Below are positions 31,411 to 40,579 of a stretch of DNA of 59,990 nucleotides, piece after piece (the first letter of the stretch is position 1; each line of letters opens with the position of its first letter). The stretch covers positions 1-59,990 of the IMG/VR virus record IMGVR_UViG_3300022689_000080. One strand, given 5' to 3'. Under the pieces are notes generated by a model. The model worked only from the letters and a program-made list of their open reading frames with translations, ran no database searches and was not told the DNA's origin. A program made the translations under genes and the position numbers. Origin of the DNA: a virus. Its lineage: Duplodnaviria > Caudoviricetes.

Positions 31411-32047
31411 AGATCTTGTCCCCCTGTTTGATGGCCTCGATGGCCTGCTCCTTCAGCTCCAACAGCTTCTTGAACGCGGCCTCGAGTTTGGCGATATAGG
31501 CTTCGTCGCGGTCCACACGAACGATCAGCTTGGGCAGGCTCGGGTGGAAGGACACGAAGTCCCAGCGCTCGAGGCCGGTGACGAACATGGAGCCCTGCAC
31601 CTGGGGCACGTACTTGTCCGGCACACGGCCGGCGGCGAGGTAGGACACGTGCATCCCCGGGCTCGGGCACTTGATCTCCAGGCCGAAGGCATCGCCAGTT
31701 CGCGTGCCGCTGCCCTTGACGATCCCATCCGGGCTGCATCCGATGCGGCCGCAGTCGGTCGTAACGAAACCGATGCTGGAAACCTCGTGGCCCGTCTCCA
31801 GCTCGTAATAGGCGCGGGCCCGGGGCTCCATATCAATGCCGCGCTTCATCCAGTAGGTCGTCGGCGTCTCCTCCAGCTCTCCGGAGATCTCCTCCGCGGC
31901 GAGCTGGCCTGCGAACGCCTCGATCTGACTGGATGGCCTCCCGGTAGGCGTGAGGAGCCGGTCGAAGTTCGAGGCGGTGGCCACGCCCAGCCGGATCCGC
32001 AGCCACTCCTCGGTGCCCTGTTCGATGTGGTCATGCAGCACTGGCAT
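31403..32047 (-). CDS. Lambda-exonuclease/YqaJ family protein
   Basis: [35 protein letters not shown]. Confidence 0.93.
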   Translation of the reverse strand: MPVLHDHIEQGTEEWLRIRLGVATASNFDRLLTPTGRPSSQIEAFAGQLAAEEISGELEETPTTYWMKRGIDMEPRARAYYELETGHEVSSIGFVTTDCGRIGCSPDGIVKGSGTRTGDAFGLEIKCPSPGMHVSYLAAGRVPDKYVPQVQGSMFVTGLERWDFVSFHPSLPKLIVRVDRDEAYIAKLEAAFKKLLELKEQAIEAIKQGDKIYG

Positions 32048-33002
32048 CGGTGGCCTCCTCGGCTTCTGCCTCCTCTTCCGGGGCTTCAGCGGGCGCCTGC
32101 TGCGCCGCCGCCTTGGCCTCCTGCTTCGTCACGATCCCGATGGCCTCTTCGAGCTGGCCAGTCTGGATCTCGTTCGCGTCCTCGACGCCCAGGTATCGAA
32201 GCAGCGGGCCGATGTCGCGTCCGATCGCAGCCATGCGCTCGGTGATCTCCTTTGCCTGCTCCGCGCTGATGAACACGTTCTCGGCATCGAGGTCATCGAG
32301 GTTGATCTGGTCGGACTGCTGGTCGATGTGGATGGCTTCATCCAGGCGCTTGCGGTCGCCCTTCTGCGGCCACATTTTCGAGGCGCGACGAACCGCCGCC
32401 TTCTTCACCATTTCCAGCGGAAACTGGACCCAGGGGGAGGCGCTGCGGTTCTTTCCCTTCAGGGAGTCGGCCTTGTTCCGAATGGCCATGATCTCCTTCA
32501 GGGTCAGCACTTCGACCATCCACGTGCCGTCCGTGAGGCGCGCGGCGCAGTAGGCGCCAGCCACGGACTCCAGCTCGTCACCAATGCGATCCTCGGCCAG
32601 CACGTCGGCGTTATGGGTCGGCAGGTCGAAGGGCCCGTTCCAGACGAAGGTATCGCCCTTGTGAACCACTTCGGCCTTGGCGAAGTCGATGCTGCCGGAC
32701 TCCGTGGCCAGCGCGACGAGGCCGCGATAGGACAGGGACAGAAGCACCTTGTTGTTCCTCGGCACGAGGTAGGCGTGTTGCAAGGCCGGATTCAGGGACA
32801 CGCCGATGGCTGCGACATTCAGGACGGAGTTGCGAAGCCCATCGGTGTCCTTGGTGGCGACGCCCATCAGGTAGGAGTTGTTCTCGAGCTGCTGGCGCGC
32901 GAACAGCGCCTCCTGCTCCCACGTGAGCTGGTAGCGATTGGTCGCCAGGAACCGCTCCTGATAGGTCTTGAGTCGTGCGATGGGGCTAGGCTGCTGCGTC
33001 AT
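32031..33002 (-). CDS. recT: RecT-family recombinase
   Basis: GVSLNPAL.HAYLVPR, SYRGLV, SPW...EMVKKAAVRRASK.WP. Confidence 0.92.
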   Translation of the reverse strand: MTQQPSPIARLKTYQERFLATNRYQLTWEQEALFARQQLENNSYLMGVATKDTDGLRNSVLNVAAIGVSLNPALQHAYLVPRNNKVLLSLSYRGLVALATESGSIDFAKAEVVHKGDTFVWNGPFDLPTHNADVLAEDRIGDELESVAGAYCAARLTDGTWMVEVLTLKEIMAIRNKADSLKGKNRSASPWVQFPLEMVKKAAVRRASKMWPQKGDRKRLDEAIHIDQQSDQINLDDLDAENVFISAEQAKEITERMAAIGRDIGPLLRYLGVEDANEIQTGQLEEAIGIVTKQEAKAAAQQAPAEAPEEEAEAEEATDASAA

Positions 33003-33420
33003 GGTCGGCCTCCTTGATTGCTGCGCGCGAGCGAATCAGTTCCGCGTTCTTGCGGATCACGCTTTCGGTGCGCTCGACCACTGCCGCGAAGATTCCGCCT
33101 GCTACATCGAGGGTGCGGCGGGACACGGCCGCGACCTCAGATGCGAAAAGGTCGGATCTCCGCGCAGACTGGTACATGAGGAACAGGTCGGAGCCCACGC
33201 GCTTCGCGTGATCGCCCTGATCGACTATTGCCGGCCATTGATCGTAGATCGCGCAGTCCCTGTCCCCCAAGACCATCGCGGTCATGTGCGGCACGAAGCC
33301 GATAGACGAGTCGTCGTCGTAAAGCCACCACTGGTCGTCGCTTTCGGCACGAAGAACCCGGATGGACTCGGTGATGATTACGGCGTCGATGTGCGCCGGC
33401 TGAAGCTGCTTTTCGGTCAT
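32986..33420 (-). CDS. Hypothetical protein, first gene of left early operon
   Basis: 144 aa, GGGAG RBS, downstream of PL-like promoter. Confidence 0.7.
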   Translation of the reverse strand: MTEKQLQPAHIDAVIITESIRVLRAESDDQWWLYDDDSSIGFVPHMTAMVLGDRDCAIYDQWPAIVDQGDHAKRVGSDLFLMYQSARRSDLFASEVAAVSRRTLDVAGGIFAAVVERTESVIRKNAELIRSRAAIKEADHDAAA

Positions 33421-33454
33421 AACTATTCTCCCGTAGGCTGGGTGCCCACGGCGG

Positions 33455-33483
33455 AGAATAGTTTAGGTTAGATTAACGTGCAA
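33455..33483 (-). promoter_or_regulatory. PL-like sigma70 promoter
   Basis: TTGCAC-17 bp-TATTCT on minus strand in AT-rich gap. Confidence 0.6.
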
Positions 33484-33506
33484 CTCTGACGATCAGGGAT
33501 GCTTAA

Positions 33507-33884
33507 CTACCTGTCGCCCGATGCGTCATTCTGGCTGGCCATGACGCGCATCAGGTCGATGACGGTCTGGAGCTGTTCGCTGGTCAGCTTTTGTGCGAGG
33601 CCGATGATCCCGGCGGGGTACTGGTTGCCGTATAGCCTTTCCATGATTTCGTCGGTGTAGTAGCCGGCGAGGGAAGGCCGGACCATGATCGGGTCGATGT
33701 CGAACAGCTCCACGAGCTGAAGAAGCACCATATCAGGGATCCGGACGGATCCATTGAGCCATCCAGTGACGAGAGGGGCCGACACGCCGAAGCGCTTGGC
33801 GATGTCGCGCTGAGTGATCCGTGCCTTTCGCTGCGCCCTGGAGAGCGCTGCGGACACGGCTTCTGCTTCATTGGTCTTATTCAT
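33507..33884 (-). CDS. CI-like repressor (Cro/C1 HTH) lacking S24 autopeptidase domain
   Basis: ITQRDIAKRFGVSAPLVTGWLNG HTH; ~125 aa; divergent from cro; start uncertain. Confidence 0.85.
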   Translation of the reverse strand: MNKTNEAEAVSAALSRAQRKARITQRDIAKRFGVSAPLVTGWLNGSVRIPDMVLLQLVELFDIDPIMVRPSLAGYYTDEIMERLYGNQYPAGIIGLAQKLTSEQLQTVIDLMRVMASQNDASGDR

Positions 33885-33940
33885 GGGCCTTTGTACCGCT
33901 TGGCCATGAACAAACATAGCACTTGAAACGGATTGCACCA

Positions 33941-33956
33941 CTGTGAAAAACCACAG
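33941..33956. promoter_or_regulatory. LexA (SOS) box
   Basis: CTGT-GAAAAACC-ACAG inside palindrome CACTGTG...CACAGTG, 5 bp upstream of TTGACC. Confidence 0.7.
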
Positions 33957-34020
33957 TGAAGTTGACCAAACCTGAATTCCTAGATTAAATACGCTGAACG
34001 TCCAGTCAGCGGGAATTCAG

Positions 34021-34260
34021 ATGCCACGGAAACCTACCTTCGAGCTGCCGCTCCGAGAGTTCTGCGAGCGCTACACGTCCGCAAAGGCCTCCGCCCTTCT
34101 TGGGTGCTGCAAGTCTGCGATCAGCCTGTCGCTGTCGTCGGGCCGCGAGATCTATGTCGTCTATGACGAGGATCTGGCTCATGCGACCGCCTACGAGATC
34201 TGCTCCTTCCCTCGACGCGGCGCCGTTGCCGAATCGAGGCGGTCACAAAAGGCCGCGTAA
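34021..34260 (+). CDS. cro: Lambda Cro-family protein
   Basis: LREFCERYTSAKASALLGCCKSAISLSLSSGREIYV...AYEICSFP aligns by eye with lambda Cro. Confidence 0.8.
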   Translation: MPRKPTFELPLREFCERYTSAKASALLGCCKSAISLSLSSGREIYVVYDEDLAHATAYEICSFPRRGAVAESRRSQKAA

Positions 34261-34649
34261 TGCGGCGCCCGGAAACCTTCTTCTACGCCATGTATCCGGC
34301 CGAGTTCCGGTCGGACGCCCTGGGCCTTTCCCGTGAGGACAAGGCCACATACCTGCTACTCCTGAATCGCCTGTGCGAAGTCGGCGGATCGCTCGATTGC
34401 GAGGACGATGAAGCGCTGTCAGCGGCCGTCGAGCTGACCCTGCCTGAATGGAAAAAGGCAAAGCCGCGGATCCTAAAGCACTTCGAGATCACGAGGTCGG
34501 GCCAGATCCGGCACTGGATGATCGACGAGAGTCTGGAGCGCAAAGAAGCCCGCAAAAAGGCCTCAAAAAAGGCCAATTCAGAGAAGGCGCGAAAGGCGAA
34601 AGAGCGCCAGCGGAAGGGCGAAATTGTGCCCCTGAAGGGCTCCCAATGA
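34260..34649 (+). CDS. DUF1376 (YdaU-like) replication initiator-type protein
   Basis: FYAMYPAEFRSDALGLSREDKATYLLLL; followed by iteron-like repeats. Confidence 0.78.
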   Translation: MRRPETFFYAMYPAEFRSDALGLSREDKATYLLLLNRLCEVGGSLDCEDDEALSAAVELTLPEWKKAKPRILKHFEITRSGQIRHWMIDESLERKEARKKASKKANSEKARKAKERQRKGEIVPLKGSQ

Positions 34650-34680
34650 GCAGCTTCTGGAGGGGCGTTTTCAGGGCTCA

Positions 34681-34850
34681 CCGAACGGTGTCCGAACGGC
34701 ATCCGAACGGTGTACCGAACGGTGTACCGAACGGTGTACCGAACGGTGTACCGAACGGTGTACCGAACGGTGTACCGAACGGTGTCCGGTCGGCCTCCGA
34801 TCGGCCTCCCATCCATATCCATATCCATATCCATACCCATACCCACATCC
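34681..34850. repeat. Iteron-like array (putative origin): nine CCGAACGG cores, two degenerate copies, then (ATCCAT)n
   Basis: Six perfect CCGAACGGTGTA 12-mers at 34703-34774 plus 11-mer variants. Confidence 0.85.
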
Positions 34851-34956
34851 AGAAGGTAGTTCGGAGCAAGGTTCTAGTTGGTCACTCCGTAGCTTTTGGC
34901 CATCCAAGGGAAAGAGGTAGTTTCAGAGTACGGTGGTATTGGGCGGGGGTTTGGGC

Positions 34957-36429
34957 ATGAAAACCCTGTTCCCCGATCAGCAATCCGGGCTCGAGTTGAT
35001 CCGCAGTGCGTACCGGCGCCATCGCAGGGTTGTCGCAAAGGCACCGACCGGCTGGGGCAAGACCGCCGTCGCGGCGAAGATCATCCGGGCTGCGCGCGAC
35101 AAGGGGAACCGCGTCGCCTTCGTGGTCGACTCGATCTCGCTGATCGACCAGACGGTGGTGCGGTTGGGCGAGGAGGGGATCCACGAGGTCGGTGTGATCC
35201 AGGCGAACCACCCGCTCACGGACTACGCGCAGCCCGTGCAGGTGATCTCCGTCCAGACGCTCCGATCGCGCGGCTGGAAGTTCCTCGATTTCCAGCTCGT
35301 CATCATCGACGAGGTTCACTGCTGGCACCGGATCTACGGCAAGTGGATGGCCGCATGGGGCGCGGTGCCGTTCCTGGGCCTGAGCGCGACGCCGTGGAAG
35401 CCCGGGCTCGGGGACCACTGGGAGGAGCTGGTCGACTGCGGATCCATCGGCCAGATGATCGAGCTGGGGCGCCTGAGCCCGTACCGGATCTTCGCAGTGG
35501 CGCACCCGGACCTGAAGGGCGTGAAGATCCGGAGCGGCGACTACGTGACGGGCGAGCTGTCGGAGCGCATGAGCAACGGCGGGCTCGTTTCCGATCTGGT
35601 TGGCAAATACCGCCAGCACCACAACGCAGGCAAGACGCTGGTTTTCGCGGTGGACCGCGCCCACGCGGCGAAGATTCAGGCCGAGTACAACGGCGCCGGG
35701 ATCCCTGCGGGTTACATCGACGCGAACGTGCCGCCCGAGGATCGCAAGGTGATCGCGGACCAGTTCCATCGCCACGAGCTGGAAGTTGTCGTGTCGGTGG
35801 GCTGCTTGGTCAAGGGCGTCGACTGGGACGTGCGCTGCATCCAGCTCGCGCGCCCGACGCGCAGCGAATCCCTGTTCGTGCAGATCATCGGCCGAGGCCT
35901 GCGCACGGCCAAGGGCAAGGATCACTGCCTGATCCTCGATCACTCCGACACGACGATCCGCCTGGGCCTGCCCGAGGAGATCGAGGAGCGGTTCACGGAC
36001 TTCGTGCCCGGGAAGATTTCGGACACGGCGAAGCGCGAGATCGAGGAACCGATGTCCTCGATGTGCGCCTCCTGCTCGTTCATCAAGCCTCCGCGCACTC
36101 CGGTATGCCCCCAGTGTGAATTCAAGGCGCAGCGCCAGACCACGGTCCAGCACAACGTCGAGGCCGATCTGATCGAGATCACGAAGCACCAGCGGAAGCT
36201 GAACCGGACCACGACGCCGGACGAGAAGGCCGAGTTCTACGGGGGCCTGAAGCACTACGCGGCGAGCAAGGGCTACCGCCCCGGGTGGGCCGCAAACCAG
36301 TACCGCGAGAAGTTCGGCGTGTGGCCGAACGCTTTCAAGGACACGCCGCCCTGCGCTCCCAACGCGGACGTTCGTGGGTGGATCAAGCATCAGGCAATCA
36401 AGTTTCGGAGCCGCAGGAACGCGGCGTAA
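34957..36429 (+). CDS. SF2 DEAD/DEAH-box helicase with zinc finger
   Basis: APTGWGKT, DEVH, GLSATP, QIIGRGLR, CxxC...CxxC. Confidence 0.93.
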   Translation: MKTLFPDQQSGLELIRSAYRRHRRVVAKAPTGWGKTAVAAKIIRAARDKGNRVAFVVDSISLIDQTVVRLGEEGIHEVGVIQANHPLTDYAQPVQVISVQTLRSRGWKFLDFQLVIIDEVHCWHRIYGKWMAAWGAVPFLGLSATPWKPGLGDHWEELVDCGSIGQMIELGRLSPYRIFAVAHPDLKGVKIRSGDYVTGELSERMSNGGLVSDLVGKYRQHHNAGKTLVFAVDRAHAAKIQAEYNGAGIPAGYIDANVPPEDRKVIADQFHRHELEVVVSVGCLVKGVDWDVRCIQLARPTRSESLFVQIIGRGLRTAKGKDHCLILDHSDTTIRLGLPEEIEERFTDFVPGKISDTAKREIEEPMSSMCASCSFIKPPRTPVCPQCEFKAQRQTTVQHNVEADLIEITKHQRKLNRTTTPDEKAEFYGGLKHYAASKGYRPGWAANQYREKFGVWPNAFKDTPPCAPNADVRGWIKHQAIKFRSRRNAA

Positions 36430-36444
36430 TCGGGAGGCGAAGCT

Positions 36445-36846
36445 ATGCCAACAGCACAGGCAGTAACCAACGAATTCGGCGGGGTCAACTACGACTTCCC
36501 GGTGCCAACCAGTGAGGGGGCGCTGGAGGCCTCGAGGATTGCGAGGCCCGACCGGCGCACGAAGATTGAGATCCCGGCCGGCTTCATGCGTCGGCGGCAC
36601 AGGGCGATCTCGCTGGAAAGACTTATCCGGAAGCATCCGGTGGGCTCGATGGGCGATCTCGCGGATTACATGGTCACGGTCCTCGAATTCCGGGCCTCGA
36701 CTCTGGTCGACGCCTTCGACGTGATGCACAGCGAGCGGGTCCGGCGCGACCTGAACGAAGTCGTGGAGATCTGGCTTTGGGGCCAGCGCTACCAGTGGCG
36801 CTTGGGCCGCTGCTACCGCTACGAGCTGGAGGAGAGTGATGCCTAG
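36445..36846 (+). CDS. Hypothetical protein
   Basis: 133 aa, GGAGG RBS. Confidence 0.7.
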   Translation: MPTAQAVTNEFGGVNYDFPVPTSEGALEASRIARPDRRTKIEIPAGFMRRRHRAISLERLIRKHPVGSMGDLADYMVTVLEFRASTLVDAFDVMHSERVRRDLNEVVEIWLWGQRYQWRLGRCYRYELEESDA

Positions 36847-37768
36847 CTCGGCGGAAGCAGCTCGCGGGCGCTGGCGGGAGATCCTGCCGGCGTTCGGCGT
36901 CGACGCGAAGTACCTGCGCAACAGTCACGGGCCATGCCCGATCTGCGAAGGCGGCAAGGACCGCTTCCGTTTCGACGACAAGGACGGCAACGGTACGTGG
37001 TGGTGCAACGCCTGCGGCAACGGTGACGGCCTGGAGCTGCTGCGCCGCGTGAAGGGCCTGAGCTTTGCGGAGGCGGCGAAGCAGGTCGACGAGATCACGG
37101 GGCGGACATCGGATCCGCGCCAGGGTCGGGAGCGGCGCCGAGAGGCCTCGAGCGCGCGCCATCGCATCGAGCGTCTGGCCAGTAGTTCCCAGCCGGCACT
37201 GGCCGGGATCAATCCCGTGACGCGCTACCTGAAAAGCCGCGGGCTGTTCGCAACTCCGGCGACGCGCTACTGCCCTCGGGTCCGGTACTACGAGGACGGC
37301 AAGCCCTGCGGTGTGTATCCGGCGATGGTGCATAGCGTTCGATCTCCTGGTGGGGCTGTGTTGAGCCTGCACGTCACCTACCTGACCCAGGACGGACGCA
37401 AGGCAGACGTGCGATGCCCGAAGAAGCTGCTCCCGGCGTCGGGCCCGCTGGCTGGCGCGGCGATCCGTCTCATGGAGCCAGGGCCGGTTATGGGAATTGC
37501 GGAGGGCGTTGAGACGGCGATGGCTGCTCACGCGCTATTCCGGTTCCCGGTGTGGGCGGCGGTCAATTCGACGCTCATGGAAAAGGTTCAGTGGCCGGAC
37601 GTGGTGAAAACTTTGTTCGTGTACGCCGACAACGATCTCAATTACGCGGGCCAAAAAGCGGCGTTCACCCTGGCGCATCGAGCGGCCTGCAAGGGCGTCG
37701 ACGTGATCGTGGCGATGCCTCCGGGCATTGGCGACTGGGCCGACGAGCTGGAGCGGAGCGCCGGATGA
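36839..37768 (+). CDS. Primase (P4-alpha zinc ribbon plus TOPRIM)
   Basis: HGPCPICEGGKDRFRFDD, WWCNACG, IAEGVETA, YADND. Confidence 0.92.
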   Translation: MPSSAEAARGRWREILPAFGVDAKYLRNSHGPCPICEGGKDRFRFDDKDGNGTWWCNACGNGDGLELLRRVKGLSFAEAAKQVDEITGRTSDPRQGRERRREASSARHRIERLASSSQPALAGINPVTRYLKSRGLFATPATRYCPRVRYYEDGKPCGVYPAMVHSVRSPGGAVLSLHVTYLTQDGRKADVRCPKKLLPASGPLAGAAIRLMEPGPVMGIAEGVETAMAAHALFRFPVWAAVNSTLMEKVQWPDVVKTLFVYADNDLNYAGQKAAFTLAHRAACKGVDVIVAMPPGIGDWADELERSAG

Positions 37769-38226
37769 TCGAGCTGATTCAGGTGGTGGCCGACGAGCGC
37801 GATCGCTGCGAGAACCTGCGCCCGTGGAAGTGGGCGCCTTTCCGGACACGGGATGACACCAATTTCGTCGGGGCGTGTGGCGAGGCCGCTTTCGCGCAGG
37901 AGTTCGGCCTGCCCTTCGATGTGCGCAATACCGGCAAGGAGAACGGCGACAACGGCGTGGACTTCGTGCTGCCGTCCGGGCTCACGGTGGACGTGAAAAC
38001 CGCGCGCAAGCCGAAGTGGCTCCTGGTGAGGCCGCGCCGCCGTCACGCCGACGTGTACGTGCTGGCGCGCTTCACTGACCCGAGTCACGTCGATCTCCTT
38101 GGATGGCATTGGGGGTCCGAGGTTATGAGTCGTGCCCTGCTGGATCGCGGTGGGTACGGGATCAAGTCGCACTCGATGGCCGTGGCCGAGCTGCTGTCGA
38201 TGGAGGCACTGCGCCGGTTCCTGTGA
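37765..38226 (+). CDS. PD-(D/E)XK-like nuclease-fold protein
   Basis: GACGEAAFA...GDNGVDF...VDVKT. Confidence 0.65.
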   Translation: MIELIQVVADERDRCENLRPWKWAPFRTRDDTNFVGACGEAAFAQEFGLPFDVRNTGKENGDNGVDFVLPSGLTVDVKTARKPKWLLVRPRRRHADVYVLARFTDPSHVDLLGWHWGSEVMSRALLDRGGYGIKSHSMAVAELLSMEALRRFL

Positions 38227-38373
38227 AGCGGCCGAGGCAGTACGCGCAGGAGATTGCCAGCGAACCCAGTCGCGCGAAGCGCAGGGCGATGCTGGAGGAG
38301 GTTCCGCCGGAGTTTCGGGAGTGGGTCCGGGCTCTGGTGGTTATGAGTTTCGAGCGCCGAGGGAGGGCGACGA

Positions 38374-38841
38374 ATGACGAACATGGCGGCAGCTCCAGCC
38401 AGGGAGCAGCGATTCATCCTGAAGGGGGAGCATCACTTGACGGCGATGCTGAAGTACATCGAGCGGGTTGGGGGGAGTACGCCGCTGGAGGTCTTGGTGA
38501 GGCCGTGGAGCCCAAAGCGGAGCATCGACCAGAACGCGCTTTTCCACGTCCTGTACAAGCAGGTGACAGACCAACTCGAGGACCGCAACGGCGATGACGC
38601 GCAGTGCGAGAGCAAGCTGAATTGCGGGGTGCCGATCCTGCTGCGCGACGACGAATCGTTCCGCGATATGTGGATCGCCAATGTTCGGGACGGCTGGAGC
38701 TACGAGGCGAAGCTGGTGCTGATGAAGTGGCTCCCGGTCACGCGCACGTTCTCGAAGAAGCAGGGCACCGAGTACATCGACCGGCTGTGCCACTACTGGG
38801 CGCAGGCCGGTGTCGCGCTGGAGCTTCCTGGTGAGTATTGA
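38374..38841 (+). CDS. NinB-like protein
   Basis: KRSIDQNALFH motif and EYID.L..YWA..GV.L ending. Confidence 0.75.
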   Translation: MTNMAAAPAREQRFILKGEHHLTAMLKYIERVGGSTPLEVLVRPWSPKRSIDQNALFHVLYKQVTDQLEDRNGDDAQCESKLNCGVPILLRDDESFRDMWIANVRDGWSYEAKLVLMKWLPVTRTFSKKQGTEYIDRLCHYWAQAGVALELPGEY

Positions 38842-39124
38842 TCTGCGCAAAGCCGCCCGGGGACAGCCATGCCAGATCCGGATTCCGGGTGTGTGCAATC
38901 GCAATCCTGACACGACGGTGCTGGCGCACCTGAACGGAGGGGGTATGGGTCGCAAACATCACAACCTGCTGGGGGCCTGGGCCTGTAGCGCATGCCATGA
39001 CTACGTGGACGGCCGTGGTGGGCACAAGGACGACCCGCGCATGGTGAGGCTCGCGCACCTGGAGGGCGTCATGCGAACCATTGACCAGCTTTACCGGCAG
39101 GGGCTGATCGTTGGAATCGGCTGA
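38831..39124 (+). CDS. DUF1364 (YbcO-like) putative nuclease
   Basis: LRKAARGQPCQIRIPGVCN.NPDTTVLAH, AWACSACHD. Confidence 0.9.
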   Translation: MSIDLRKAARGQPCQIRIPGVCNRNPDTTVLAHLNGGGMGRKHHNLLGAWACSACHDYVDGRGGHKDDPRMVRLAHLEGVMRTIDQLYRQGLIVGIG

Positions 39125-39629
39125 ACAACGCGCGTTCGTGGAGTGGTTCCGCATGGCCTATCCGAAGTACGCGAAGGCGCTGCGCGTGTCCATGAACGGG
39201 GTGAGCTTTGGAGGGGGCCGGCGCCGCGCGGCGATGGCGTGGAACAAGGCGAAGGGGCAGGGCGCGGTTCCGGGCGAGGCCGATATTGTGATCCTCGTGC
39301 CGCGTGGTGGGTATGGGGCGCTTGTCGTCGAACACAAGGGCCAGGGCATGAACCGGAAGCTGTCGGAAGAGCAGATTGAATACCTCGGATTTCACAACCT
39401 GATCGGAAACCGTGCGGAGAGTACGAGAGGACTGGATGAACTGATTGCTGTCGTGGATGACTACCTGAAGGGGCCGGTACATGAAGCGAAAGGAACGAGC
39501 GGAGCAGGTCCGCGAGATCGTGGCAAAGCATCCGGGGATTCGCGCGAGCGAGATCGCGGAGATGATGGGGGTAAGCAAGGCGACGCTGAGTCTGACCATT
39601 CAGCTCCTCGAAGCGGAGGACGCCATTGA
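39111..39629 (+). CDS. VRR-NUC-type nuclease
   Basis: ESAEQRAFVEWF, G.VPGEADI, LVVEHK, LSEEQ; 3' end overlaps next gene. Confidence 0.8.
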   Translation: MESAEQRAFVEWFRMAYPKYAKALRVSMNGVSFGGGRRRAAMAWNKAKGQGAVPGEADIVILVPRGGYGALVVEHKGQGMNRKLSEEQIEYLGFHNLIGNRAESTRGLDELIAVVDDYLKGPVHEAKGTSGAGPRDRGKASGDSRERDRGDDGGKQGDAESDHSAPRSGGRH

Positions 39630-39783
39630 GCGGCGCAGGGACGGCCGTCGAGGGTACGGCCTGCATGCACCCTATAGCGAGATCATGCGGCGGCTGGCGC
39701 GCGAGCGCTGGCGGTCGGGATCCTGGCTTAAACCGAGTCGGCGTCGCATTAGAGTGAGCGGCGATAGGAGGCGCGAAACATGA
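39481..39783 (+). CDS. Winged-HTH DNA-binding protein
   Basis: HPGIRASEIAEMMGVSKATLS. Confidence 0.75.
   Translation: MKRKERAEQVREIVAKHPGIRASEIAEMMGVSKATLSLTIQLLEAEDAIERRRDGRRGYGLHAPYSEIMRRLARERWRSGSWLKPSRRRIRVSGDRRRET
39728..39755 (+). promoter_or_regulatory. Putative phage-class promoter (TTAAAC-16-TAGAGT)
   Basis: Recurrent motif, 25 bp before ORF 39780. Confidence 0.55.
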
Positions 39784-39983
39784 GCAAGCTGATTGACCTG
39801 ACCGAGCAGCGGCCGGCGCCGACGCAGCCGCAGCCGCAGCCGCAGCGTTACCGTAAGCAGGAATGGACGTCGCTAGTGGCAGCGGCCGAGGGAAAGCGGT
39901 CGATTCTCGTTCCGGATTACGACTTCTCCGGCCGCACGTTCATGCGCCGCGACCAGCTCCTGAATCCTCGAAAGACCACATAA
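39780..39983 (+). CDS. Hypothetical protein
   Basis: 67 aa, AGGAGG RBS. Confidence 0.65.
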   Translation: MSKLIDLTEQRPAPTQPQPQPQRYRKQEWTSLVAAAEGKRSILVPDYDFSGRTFMRRDQLLNPRKTT

Positions 39984-40036
39984 AAAACGTGGGTTAAGTA
40001 AAACTGAAAAAAAATCGTCAAAACCGGAAAAAGTAG

Positions 40037-40064
40037 TTGACGAAGCGTTAAGCATAGCTAAACT
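40037..40064 (+). promoter_or_regulatory. Strong sigma70-type early promoter with upstream A-tracts
   Basis: TTGACG-16 bp-TAAACT, A-rich region 39982-40032. Confidence 0.75.
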
Positions 40065-40105
40065 TCGATCTGCGGCGTGGGGCCGCACACAACGGGAGTA
40101 AAGCT

Positions 40106-40579
40106 GTGACTACACTGAAAACGCTGAAGCCGATCAGCTCACACGTCGGCATCCTTCGCTGCTCTGTTAGCTGGAGCGTATCCAAAGGCCGCGACACCTA
40201 CGGCTACAACATTTGCCGCCTCGATGGCCCGAACGGCAAGCGCTACCGCACCTGCGGCGGTGGTTACGACATGGTTGGCACGGTGCTGGCCGACTTCATG
40301 TGTGACCAGTTCCAGATCCAGCTCCGCGAGCTGGTGCTGCTGAACGCTGAACGCACTGAGGAGTGCGGCTATTCGGTTTCCGGGTATCGCAAGCTGCCCG
40401 AGCTGTACGGCCTGACGGTCACGCCGAAGGGAAGGGTCGAGGTTGACGGCGCGTGTGGCGTCTCCAGCGTGATTAAGATTTTTCGCGCTATCGGGATCGA
40501 CGTGCAGTCGACGTGTGGCCGTCGTCAACTGGATGGCTTCCTGCTGTTCCCTCGCGTGGATCAGGAGGCCGCAGCATGA
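40106..40579 (+). CDS. Conserved phage hypothetical protein
   Basis: GGGAG RBS; GRDTYGYN, CGGGYDM.GT, DGACG motifs. Confidence 0.8.
   Translation: MTTLKTLKPISSHVGILRCSVSWSVSKGRDTYGYNICRLDGPNGKRYRTCGGGYDMVGTVLADFMCDQFQIQLRELVLLNAERTEECGYSVSGYRKLPELYGLTVTPKGRVEVDGACGVSSVIKIFRAIGIDVQSTCGRRQLDGFLLFPRVDQEAAA

Noticed and set aside
34681-34807. Possible CRISPR array
   Set aside because: 11-12 bp head-to-tail repeats with no spacers and no cas genes; fits iterons
34882-36921. Long antisense ORFs (also 47284-49332, 53554-55710, 19363-20853, 45804-47417)
   Set aside because: Shadow frames of GC3-rich genes on the opposite strand; no motifs recognised
38223-38597. ORF starting VKRPRQYAQEIASEP
   Set aside because: The first ~50 codons look like a real small phage gene, but the frame overlaps ninB by over 200 bp, so boundaries could not be supported
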